Made by a program: the position numbers and the translations under genes | In this document: in pieces, positions 7,495 to 15,396 of the stretch | Position numbering within the stretch: the first letter of the stretch is position 1 | Layout of the letters: every line of letters starts with the position of its first letter | The notes under the pieces: model-generated | What the model was told of the DNA's origin: nothing | The model's database searches: none | The model's input: the letters and a program-made list of their open reading frames with translations, nothing else | DNA from: a virus | Lineage: Duplodnaviria; Caudoviricetes | IMG/VR virus record: IMGVR_UViG_3300020045_008320 | Span: 1-24,874 of that record | Direction: 5' to 3' (one strand) | DNA length: 24,874 nucleotides

Positions 7495-8265
7495 TTAGGC
7501 AACTTTTGTATTCGCTGCTGCTTGGGTTCCACTTGCTGCCATAGTTCCAGAGTTAAAAATAACTTGACCCTGTTTTACCGCTTGAATATCGCCCGCTAAA
7601 TTATTAAGCGCGGCCAAAATTGCTGAAGAAATTTGTAATTGTTGCTGTGCCTGCCCTTGCGCTTGACCTTGAACCTGTGTCGCGGTTGCGGTGTTCGTTA
7701 CTGACACCTCAACATCACGGATTCGAGAATTGAACTCTTGTCGAGCCAGCGCACTTTCAGCAATTGTGAGTCGGCGTTGCATATCTTGATCGTGATAAAA
7801 ATCAATTTTTGCGCGAGTTTTATCGCCATCGTCGCGGATTGCGGTAGTCGTTGCGTAATTTCCATCTTTTACAGCTGTTAGTAAAGCCGCTGTTGTTGTC
7901 AACACAGTGCGTTCAACTTCGTTAGTTGATGCTAAATTAATAGCTGCTGAAGCCTGCACAGAATCTTTAACGTTTGCAAAACCTTGTTGAGTCCCCAAAG
8001 CGAGCGCCCCTATCGAATGATTGATAGAAGCTTGCGTTTCTAATGCAGTTGTTGGAACGTCTGCTGTAAGGCCGTTAACCGCGTTTAGGATCGCAGCATC
8101 AAGGAATTTACTCGTTTCATTGACACACTCTCCACCTTCGCCACCAAGACCACCACGCCGCAATAGGGATGCGATTAGAACACCCGCTAACAAACCCCCT
8201 TCGCCACCACCGCCAAAACCAAAACCGCCGCGACCACCTACAATATCGTTAATTTCCATAGCCAT
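7495..8265 (-). CDS. Gly-rich/hydrophobic N-terminus plus coiled-coil phage protein of unknown function
   Basis: AAGGGG SD before the ATG; GGFGFGGGGEGGLLAGVLIASLLRRGG N-terminus; Ala/Gln/Thr-rich helical body with DDGDKTRAKI. Confidence 0.8.
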   Translation of the reverse strand: MAMEINDIVGGRGGFGFGGGGEGGLLAGVLIASLLRRGGLGGEGGECVNETSKFLDAAILNAVNGLTADVPTTALETQASINHSIGALALGTQQGFANVKDSVQASAAINLASTNEVERTVLTTTAALLTAVKDGNYATTTAIRDDGDKTRAKIDFYHDQDMQRRLTIAESALARQEFNSRIRDVEVSVTNTATATQVQGQAQGQAQQQLQISSAILAALNNLAGDIQAVKQGQVIFNSGTMAASGTQAAANTKVA

Positions 8266-8455
8266 GATAAAACCCCTTAAAAAATCCTTTTGGCATTATT
8301 GCCTCGGTAAATATGCGCCTATTTAGTCGATAAAAAAGTTTTATATATTATTAAAAATAGATTGATTTTGAATTTAAAATGTGAGCATAGCCATATATAT
8401 ATTGTATATACATACAACAAGCAACAAGTCAACAATGCCGCCTATAATTATTCAC

Positions 8456-8484
8456 TTGATTTTAATATATATTAAAAATATAAT
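8456..8484 (+). promoter_or_regulatory. near-consensus sigma70 promoter with a palindrome over the spacer
   Basis: TTGATT-17 nt-TATAAT; perfect 18-bp palindrome TTTTAATATATATTAAAA at 8460-8477; SD GAGGA at 8502. Confidence 0.75.
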
Positions 8485-8515
8485 AACTCGACCAAAACCA
8501 AGAGGATTTAAAAAA

Positions 8516-8734
8516 ATGTCTAAGAAAATAAATGTAGTTTGCGACAATGTTAGTGAGCCTATGAAATTCGATAGCAAAGAACGCGCCCAATGTTTTATTG
8601 ATGCAATCGAGGATAATGCTTCAAGAATTTGGTTTATTCGTGAAAAAGGTGATCTTTTCGACCAAACATTAAATTATTTAGTTTATACAACTATTTGCGG
8701 AATTGAAGTTTTTGTAACAGGGGTAAATCTATGA
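8516..8734 (+). CDS. hypothetical protein (72 aa; start revised from 8381)
   Basis: ATG at 8516 has a GAGGA SD and the promoter upstream; ATGA overlap with the exonuclease gene. Confidence 0.75.
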   Translation: MSKKINVVCDNVSEPMKFDSKERAQCFIDAIEDNASRIWFIREKGDLFDQTLNYLVYTTICGIEVFVTGVNL

Positions 8735-9279
8735 TTGTTTTCGACACTGAAACCACTGGGCTTTTAAAGCCCGACCCCTGTGCATTAAATTTGCAGCCAC
8801 ATATTTGTGAAATTTACATGGCTAAGTTTGACAATAAAGGCAAAATTATTGCTGAGTTTGAAACATTTATTAAACCGCCCGTTCCTATTCCAGAAATCAC
8901 CACAAAATTAAATGGCATAGATGACCACATGGTCAAAGATGCACCCACCTTTATAGAAATTTATGATAGTCTCGCCGAATTCGTTTTAGGCGAAAAAACT
9001 ATTTTTGCTCACAATTGCGCGTTTGATATTGGAATGCTAAAAGTTGAATTGCAAAGACACGGGATAGAATACAATTTCCCTTGGCCGCCGTATCAATGTT
9101 GTACGGTTGAGGCTAGTTTTTGCATTGAAAACAAACGCCTTAAGCTAGAACGTCTTTATCAAATCGCAACTGGCAAAACTCTTGTGACAAAACACCGTGC
9201 TAAAGATGACGTTAAACAATTATTAGAGTGTGTTTTGTGGCTCAAAAAAGAGGGCTTCATTCATGAACTCTTTAATTAA
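8731..9279 (+). CDS. dnaQ: DEDDh 3'-5' exonuclease (DnaQ/epsilon-like)
   Basis: VFDTETTG (Exo I), AHNCAFD (Exo II), HRAKDDV (Exo III). Confidence 0.93.
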   Translation: MIVFDTETTGLLKPDPCALNLQPHICEIYMAKFDNKGKIIAEFETFIKPPVPIPEITTKLNGIDDHMVKDAPTFIEIYDSLAEFVLGEKTIFAHNCAFDIGMLKVELQRHGIEYNFPWPPYQCCTVEASFCIENKRLKLERLYQIATGKTLVTKHRAKDDVKQLLECVLWLKKEGFIHELFN

Positions 9280-12136
9280 TATTGCGCTAAGAAGTGAATA
9301 TTCTTTTAAAAAGACATTCGGAAAAATTGACAGCCTCGCACAATATTCGCAAGGCATTGCGCTAGGAATCGCAGATTTTAACAACACATATGCACACCCA
9401 TACTTAGAAAAAATCGCCAAAAAACAAAATTTTAAACCGCTCTATGGTGTTCGCCTTCAGGTTATCCAAGACGATCAATTGCGCGAACGTGGAGCGCATG
9501 GCGCGATCTATATTTTTATTGCAAAAAATCAAGAGGGTCTGTGTGAAATAAATAATTTAGTGAAAGTTTCTCACGACAAATTTTATTTTAAACATCACAT
9601 TGCAATGAGTGATTTATTTGAAGTTTCGAATAATGTAGTTGTGATTGCTGAAAGCTTAGAAACTGAAAAACGTTGTGATTATTTAGCACTAACCCCTTCA
9701 ACTAATCCGCTTATTTTTCAATTTGCAAAAGAAAACAATATAAAATGTGTTTATGTTAATGATAACTATTATTCAACACCTCAAGATAAAGACGTTTATC
9801 AACTCATGGCAGGACAACATAAACGTGGTGATGAATATTATTATAATTTTGATAAAAAAACAGCACCACAACATATTTTAAATGAACATGAATTTAATCG
9901 AATCTGGAAACACCCAGAAGCAAAAACAAATCTTTTAGAAGTAATTGATCAAGTTGAAAACTTTGATTTAAAACGTGCGCCAATGGTTGCCTATAATGGC
10001 TATAGATCAATTGAGGTTTGGTGTGAAAAAGGCGCTAAAAAATTAGGCGTAGATTTAAAAGATGAAATTTATTCAGCACGATATAAAACTGAAATGGATT
10101 TGATAAAAGATAAAGGCTATGTTGATTATTTTATGATTGTTTCTGAAATGATCGAAAAAGCAAAAGATAGAATGCTGGTAGGTTGCGCCCGTGGTTCTAG
10201 TTGTGGTTCGCTGGTTTGTTATTTATTAGGAATCACAACGATTGACCCGATTAAATTTGGCCTTTTATTCGAGCGTTTCATTGATGTAAACCGTTTCGAT
10301 TTGCCAGACATTGACATTGACTTTCCAGATATTAAACGCGAATCAGTAATAAAAGATTTAGTGAAAAAATATGGCGAAGATAATGTTTGTTTAATCGCTA
10401 ACATTAATCGAATGAAGCCAAAAAGCGCGATTGGTGATTTTGCCACTGCTTTGCGTATTCCTAAATATGAATCTGATTTAATAAAAGATTCTATTGACGA
10501 TAAAGCGGTTGGTGATTCTCGCGCCGATAAAACTATCGAGGACGCTTTTAATACGATGGATATAGCACGGGATTTTGTTAAAAAATATCCTGCAATGCGT
10601 TTGGTTACACAGGTTCAAAACCACGCCTCCCACGCTGGCCTCCATGCCGCTGGCGTGATCATTGCGAATGATCCTGTGTCAACATATGGCGGCATAGACA
10701 CGCGCTCCGGTTGCATCATGCTAGATAAAAAACAATCTGAATATTTAAATCTTTTAAAAATTGACTGCTTAGGTTTGCGCACGTTAACAATTTTACAAGA
10801 GTGCGCTGATTTAGTTGGAATGAATTTTTTAGATTTTTATGATTTGCCTTTAGATGATAAAAAAACATTTAAAGTTTTTCATGATATGCGCCTTTATGGG
10901 ATTTTCCAATTCGATGGCCAATCAATGCGCGCAACATGTCGCGATATGGGTGTGAAAAATTTCGAGGATATTTACGCAATTACAGCGATTGCAAGGCCGG
11001 GGGTTATGGCTTCAGGCGGCACAACGCGCTTTGTTCAAAAGCGTATTGGCGCTGCTGAAATTGATTATGTTTCAGATCATCCCGCATACATTGAAGCCAC
11101 AAAAGAAACCTATGGAGAATTAGTTTATCAAGAGCAGATCATGATGATTTGTAAAAATTTAGCTGGCATGAGCTGGGGCGAAGTTTCAGAGATTAGAAAA
11201 TTAATTTCTAAATCTGCGGGCGAAGAATCTTTTGGAGAATACAAAAACAATTTTATTTTAGGCTGTGAAAAAGAAGGCGTAGAAAAAATGAAAGCCGAAA
11301 CAATTTGGTTAAATATGATTGTGTTCGGTGGCTATGCAATGAATAAATCACACTCGGTTGCCTATGGTCATATTAGCTATTGGTGTGCCTATATGAAATC
11401 ACACTTCCCCCTAGAATTCACGGCTGCAAATTTAAAATATGCAAAAGATAAACATTCGGCTATTCGTATTTTGCGTGATGCCGTGGAGAATGAGGGCATA
11501 GAATATTCACCAATTGACCCAGACCTCTCAGAAATAGATTGGTGCGTAAAGGAAGGCCGTTTGTTAGGTGGTTTAAAAAATATCAAAGGTATTGCAGACG
11601 CGAAAGCAAAAGAGATTTTGCGCGCTAGAGCTGGGGAGAAAAAATATACCCCATCACAAATTAAAGTGTTGTTAAACCCCGTGACTGATTTTGATACGAT
11701 CTATCCTTGCCGTGATTATTATTATAATTTTTATATGAATCCGCAAAAGATTGGATTAAGTTCCCCAGTTGAATATATAAAAAATGTCGTTTGTGATGTT
11801 GAATGTGAATTTATTATTCTTGGAAAAGTTATTAAAAAAGAATTGCGCGATCTTAACGAATATTCAGAAATATTAAAGCGTCATGGAAAAGTGTTAGACC
11901 AACACAACAAGTTTTTAAAGCTTATCGTGGAAGACGACACGGATCAAATCTCTTGCCGGATTAATCGTTTCAAGTTTGACAGATTAGATGGTGCTAGATG
12001 GGCTGAAGAGTTAAAAGAAGATGAAACCTTTGTTTTATTGAAAGGTGTTGTGAAAGAAGGCATTAGAATTTTTCACATAAATTCTATTTTTAATTTAACT
12101 GAAAATTTTGATAATGGCGAAGGTGAAGACGAATGA
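9263..12136 (+). CDS. dnaE: DNA polymerase III alpha subunit (family C, DnaE-like)
   Basis: LRSEYSF PHP start, RGSSCGSLVCYLLGIT, LLFERF, DLPDIDIDF catalytic motif, HAAGV, LLKIDCLGL, YQEQIM, YAMNKSHS and a C-terminal OB fold. ATG at 9263 (GAGGG SD) is preferred over GTG at 9230. Confidence 0.95.
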   Translation: MNSLINIALRSEYSFKKTFGKIDSLAQYSQGIALGIADFNNTYAHPYLEKIAKKQNFKPLYGVRLQVIQDDQLRERGAHGAIYIFIAKNQEGLCEINNLVKVSHDKFYFKHHIAMSDLFEVSNNVVVIAESLETEKRCDYLALTPSTNPLIFQFAKENNIKCVYVNDNYYSTPQDKDVYQLMAGQHKRGDEYYYNFDKKTAPQHILNEHEFNRIWKHPEAKTNLLEVIDQVENFDLKRAPMVAYNGYRSIEVWCEKGAKKLGVDLKDEIYSARYKTEMDLIKDKGYVDYFMIVSEMIEKAKDRMLVGCARGSSCGSLVCYLLGITTIDPIKFGLLFERFIDVNRFDLPDIDIDFPDIKRESVIKDLVKKYGEDNVCLIANINRMKPKSAIGDFATALRIPKYESDLIKDSIDDKAVGDSRADKTIEDAFNTMDIARDFVKKYPAMRLVTQVQNHASHAGLHAAGVIIANDPVSTYGGIDTRSGCIMLDKKQSEYLNLLKIDCLGLRTLTILQECADLVGMNFLDFYDLPLDDKKTFKVFHDMRLYGIFQFDGQSMRATCRDMGVKNFEDIYAITAIARPGVMASGGTTRFVQKRIGAAEIDYVSDHPAYIEATKETYGELVYQEQIMMICKNLAGMSWGEVSEIRKLISKSAGEESFGEYKNNFILGCEKEGVEKMKAETIWLNMIVFGGYAMNKSHSVAYGHISYWCAYMKSHFPLEFTAANLKYAKDKHSAIRILRDAVENEGIEYSPIDPDLSEIDWCVKEGRLLGGLKNIKGIADAKAKEILRARAGEKKYTPSQIKVLLNPVTDFDTIYPCRDYYYNFYMNPQKIGLSSPVEYIKNVVCDVECEFIILGKVIKKELRDLNEYSEILKRHGKVLDQHNKFLKLIVEDDTDQISCRINRFKFDRLDGARWAEELKEDETFVLLKGVVKEGIRIFHINSIFNLTENFDNGEGEDE

Positions 12137-12420
12137 AATATATAATGATAGAGCAACCCTTTGCCGCTGGCATGGTTCGACAAATTCCAATAATTTTTCC
12201 TAAAACTTTAGTCCATGATGAGGTTTTTGATTCTATTAAAGCTTTATGCGGTGAAAATTGTAAGCCTGTTTCTGCTGGTGAGATTAGTTTATTCGGCGGT
12301 CAAGTTAGATGCGGCGGCAATAGCGAAACATTAAAAATTAGTAGTCGTGGTGCGGTTGACGAAGAGATAATAAAACTTTACGACTATCAACACGGTTTAA
12401 TTGAATTGGAAGGGGTATGA
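12133..12420 (+). CDS. phage hypothetical protein
   Basis: ATGA-coupled; MKYIM...PIIFP..LVH...PVSAG...SETL..SR pattern that I recall recurring in phage hypotheticals. Confidence 0.8.
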   Translation: MKYIMIEQPFAAGMVRQIPIIFPKTLVHDEVFDSIKALCGENCKPVSAGEISLFGGQVRCGGNSETLKISSRGAVDEEIIKLYDYQHGLIELEGV

Positions 12421-12965
12421 AGATGAGTAAACGATTTGGGAGAAATCAGAAAAGAAAATTATTAGAAAATATTGATTTTTTAAATACTATTAGCGAAAAC
12501 CAAAGCAAAACTATAATTGAGCAAGGCCGCACAGTTTTAAATTTTGGAAAAGATGTTGAGTTGTTGAGAAAACAAATGTACGAAAATGAATATATCGTAC
12601 AAGAAACAAAAAGAATTTTTGGGCAATATTTTATTGCTCTAAAACCTGAAACCGTAAATCTAAACACTAAAGATTTGCCGCCTGAATTTGCTTTTCATAT
12701 TCAACAAGATTTTGAATGTATGGATTTTAGAGCATCAGGCAACGATTCAAGCGCGAATCTAATGCGCACTTATAAATATTTACAAACAACAAAAGGGAAA
12801 GCCTACAAAGAAGAGTTGCGCGGAATGGTTCATTTTTATTTACAATCAACCAAAGGCGAGGTTGGGTATTGCATAGATTGGCAAATGAGAAAAACAATGC
12901 CAGAGAAATATTTAATAGAGTTTATCGCTAAAGAATTGGTCAGAGAATTACAAAAGGTTAAATAA
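12417..12965 (+). CDS. hypothetical protein
   Basis: ATGA-coupled 182-aa ORF; TAATG junction to the next gene. Confidence 0.75.
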   Translation: MKMSKRFGRNQKRKLLENIDFLNTISENQSKTIIEQGRTVLNFGKDVELLRKQMYENEYIVQETKRIFGQYFIALKPETVNLNTKDLPPEFAFHIQQDFECMDFRASGNDSSANLMRTYKYLQTTKGKAYKEELRGMVHFYLQSTKGEVGYCIDWQMRKTMPEKYLIEFIAKELVRELQKVK

Positions 12966-13339
12966 TGGCAACCTCAACAACAAAGCGCAATCCAGAATGG
13001 CTAGCGAAGCAAGACGAAAACGATTTAGCTCTAAACAAGAACTATCGCAGGTCTATAAAATATTATCGAAAGCTATATATGGCATGGCCTGAATGGATAG
13101 CAGACGATAAAAGATTTAGTGAAATCTATAAGCTTCGCGAGTTGATGAATAAAGAAGCCGGTGAAAGTATTTATGCAGTTGACCATATAGTTCCAATTTG
13201 TAGCGATATAGTTTGTGGCTTGCATGTTCCTTGGAATTTAGAAATTATCACTGTAAAAACAAACAATTTAAAATCGAACAAATGGTGGCCAAATCATCCA
13301 TTTGAAAATTTAGATTTATTTAACCAGGGTATTTATTAA
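12965..13339 (+). CDS. HNH endonuclease-family protein
   Basis: VDHIVPI...VCGLHVPWNLEII...NNLKSNK motif. Confidence 0.85.
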   Translation: MATSTTKRNPEWLAKQDENDLALNKNYRRSIKYYRKLYMAWPEWIADDKRFSEIYKLRELMNKEAGESIYAVDHIVPICSDIVCGLHVPWNLEIITVKTNNLKSNKWWPNHPFENLDLFNQGIY

Positions 13340-14424
13340 TGGAAAAAGTTACTTTATATTCAAAAGATGCAAAAGATTCTATCCGTGTTTGGTCTATTCA
13401 TCACGATGATAAAAATATCTATATGTTTTCAGGTTTGTTAGGTGGTGAAGAAACGCCGTTTACAGAACCCGTTGAATTTGGTTTAGGTGGCCGCACCCGT
13501 GAAGAACAGATAGAAATGAGAATAAAAAGCCGGATCAATAAAAAATTAGATTCTGGCTATGTTTATTCTTTAGAAGATGCACGGAATAATGTTAAAACAA
13601 ATTCGCTTGGTTATTTAAAAGCGGCTAAGTGTTCGCGCTATGATGAGCAAAAAGATAAAATCCCATTCACTAAAACTTTTGTGCAACCCAAATTAAACGG
13701 CCACCATTGTTCAATTGTTAATGATAACGGCGTAAAAGTCGCGTATTCAAACGGCGGGAAATTAATAACAACTATCGACCATATTTTAAATGATTTTGAT
13801 TTACCTGTTGGCCGCTCTGTTGAAGGCGAGCTTTACCACCACGGGACAATTTTACAAACTATCTCTAGTTGGGTGCGCAAAAAGCAAGAAAACACAAAAT
13901 TACTTGAATTTGTGTGTTATGACCTCGTTTCTAAAGACTGCTACACAGAGCGATTCAAAACCCTGCAATCGTTCCATTATGGAGCCAACGCAAGGCTTAT
14001 AGAAACCGCTGTGATCAACGGTCACTTTGAAGTAATCCCAATCATTACCGAACACCTGAAAAGCGGCTTTGAGGGCACCGTATTAAGGCTCACGGGCTAC
14101 CCATACGAAGCGGGCAAGCGATCCGCTGGAATGATCAAGGTTAAAGTGATGCACATAGGCGGTGATTTCATCGTGGATGATGAGTTTTTAATCGTTGATG
14201 TTGGTTCAAGTGTTGACGGTTGCGCCGTTTTGTGGTGTGAAACTGAAGAGGGTCGAAGATTTAAAGTTTTGTGCCATGGTGATGTGGCTTTTAAAAAGCA
14301 CGTTTTGAAAAATAAACAAAAATATATTGGAAAACATACTAGAGTTGAATTTGAAGGCTATACAAAAGATAAAAAACCTTTTCAACCAGTTTCCAGAGAA
14401 TTTAGAGAGAAAGCCGATGAATAA
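13339..14424 (+). CDS. ATP-dependent DNA ligase
   Basis: QPKLNG (I), EGELY (III), FVCYDL (IIIa), FEGTVLR (IV), MIKVK (V), OB domain, and an N-terminal LYSKD...RVWSI extension. Confidence 0.9.
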   Translation: MEKVTLYSKDAKDSIRVWSIHHDDKNIYMFSGLLGGEETPFTEPVEFGLGGRTREEQIEMRIKSRINKKLDSGYVYSLEDARNNVKTNSLGYLKAAKCSRYDEQKDKIPFTKTFVQPKLNGHHCSIVNDNGVKVAYSNGGKLITTIDHILNDFDLPVGRSVEGELYHHGTILQTISSWVRKKQENTKLLEFVCYDLVSKDCYTERFKTLQSFHYGANARLIETAVINGHFEVIPIITEHLKSGFEGTVLRLTGYPYEAGKRSAGMIKVKVMHIGGDFIVDDEFLIVDVGSSVDGCAVLWCETEEGRRFKVLCHGDVAFKKHVLKNKQKYIGKHTRVEFEGYTKDKKPFQPVSREFREKADE

Positions 14425-14587
14425 GTACGCAGATATTAAAAAGTCTAAACGTGAAGAAATTGAAAATCATGTTGCTAATTTTTTAAATCATGGAAAACGA
14501 ATAAAAATAATTGCGATTGGTAAGAGCGCTAGTGAAAAAGAAACTCTGACAAATAGACAGAAAACCAGAAACGAAAAATCCCGCTAA
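14417..14587 (+). CDS. SutA RNA-polymerase-binding-domain-like mini-protein (56 aa)
   Basis: KKSKREEIENHVANFLNHGKRIKIIAIGKSA parallels the SutA core as I recall it (KxKERxxLxxxMEEFLxxGGKVxxI). ATG at 14417 overlaps the ligase end. Confidence 0.65.
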   Translation: MNKYADIKKSKREEIENHVANFLNHGKRIKIIAIGKSASEKETLTNRQKTRNEKSR

Positions 14588-14600
14588 TCGCGGGATTTTT
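14574..14600. terminator. bidirectional terminator between the replication and tail/lysis modules
   Basis: AAAAATCCCGC-TAATC-GCGGGATTTTT, perfect 11-bp stem. Confidence 0.9.
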
Positions 14601-14616
14601 ACTTTCATCATATGTT

Positions 14617-14889
14617 TTAGCTGAGACAATGCGATAAATCAAGCGAACGGCGCAAGCCGATAAAACCGTGACACGCTGAGAAGCCGTTGTTCTTGGGTTT
14701 TGAACTGAAAGAATAATCGGTTTTAACGCTTTTTGCAGCAACACAGATTTTTTCAACTGCCTTTAAAACTGGCTCGCAGAATTTTGAAGCAGAGAAAACC
14801 AAAGCTTCTACGCAAAAGCTCGCGAATGATTGACAAGCTAGAACAACACCTAGCGCCAATCGGTGAAGCACATTCTTAAAATTTACCAT
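14617..14889 (-). CDS. small Cys-rich protein with hydrophobic N-terminus (possible exported protein/lipoprotein)
   Basis: Strong SD AAAGGAGAGGG; N-terminus MVNFKNVLHRLALGVVLAC; own promoter upstream. Confidence 0.7.
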   Translation of the reverse strand: MVNFKNVLHRLALGVVLACQSFASFCVEALVFSASKFCEPVLKAVEKICVAAKSVKTDYSFSSKPKNNGFSACHGFIGLRRSLDLSHCLS

Positions 14890-14948
14890 TTTTAAGCCCT
14901 CTCCTTTCGTTGATAGAACGGTTTAATTAAACCCTTTCGGGAATCTAC

Positions 14949-14976
14949 ATATTAAACAATATATAGTGTTTGTCAA
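14949..14976 (-). promoter_or_regulatory. sigma70-type promoter
   Basis: Minus strand TTGACA-16 nt-TAATAT, starting immediately after the endolysin stop codon. Confidence 0.6.
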
Positions 14977-15396
14977 CTACCACCTAGCCGCACCTGTTGA
15001 CCGTGCGTCTATGTGGTTAAAGCTGTTATAAGTGCCAATCCCAAAATGCGGATAATTAACATTAAAGAATTCCGCAACTTCTTTAGTTTTCAATTGTTTT
15101 CCACCAACAAAAACTTTTATATCAGCGGCTATCCCATATTGATGCTGGCTATTCTCAGCAGTATCAGCTCCGCTTTTTCCTTTTGTTTCTATAAATTCAA
15201 CTCGCAATTTTTCATTATGTTTTTTACAACGACAACCACAAGTAACAACAATAGAAACTTTTTCTTTAGTTGAATTTTTTAATCTATCAACATAGTGCTG
15301 TAATGCTGTTAATAATTCAAAATCAACCGTGTTAAAGCCGCACCCACATTCACACGCGAACTCTTTGCGTCTAAAGTTGTTTGTTAAATCGCCCAT
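14977..15396 (-). CDS. endolysin, peptidase M15A family
   Basis: NFRRKEFACECGCG, TCGCRCKKHN, SQHQYGIAADI and GIGTYNSFNHIDAR...ARW motifs. Confidence 0.9.
   Translation of the reverse strand: MGDLTNNFRRKEFACECGCGFNTVDFELLTALQHYVDRLKNSTKEKVSIVVTCGCRCKKHNEKLRVEFIETKGKSGADTAENSQHQYGIAADIKVFVGGKQLKTKEVAEFFNVNYPHFGIGTYNSFNHIDARSTGAARW

Noticed and set aside
8021-8326. Proline-rich 101-aa plus-strand ORF
   Set aside because: Antisense shadow of the Gly codons of the 7495-8265 gene; no SD.
8381-8515. Hydrophobic N-terminal extension of the 8381-8734 ORF
   Set aside because: It is translated AT-rich promoter DNA; the SD and promoter point to ATG 8516.
9230-9279. Programmed frameshift fusing the exonuclease to DnaE
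   Set aside because: DnaE has its own ATG (9263) with a GAGGG SD, and the short overlap is typical of translational coupling; no stimulatory structure was noticed.
14327-14416. Longer 86-aa version of the SutA-like ORF
   Set aside because: It overlaps the ligase coding region by about 100 nt from a TTG; ATG 14417 fits better.
14529-14756. 75-aa minus-strand ORF as an embedded spanin
   Set aside because: No lipobox or TM segment, and it runs through the terminator.
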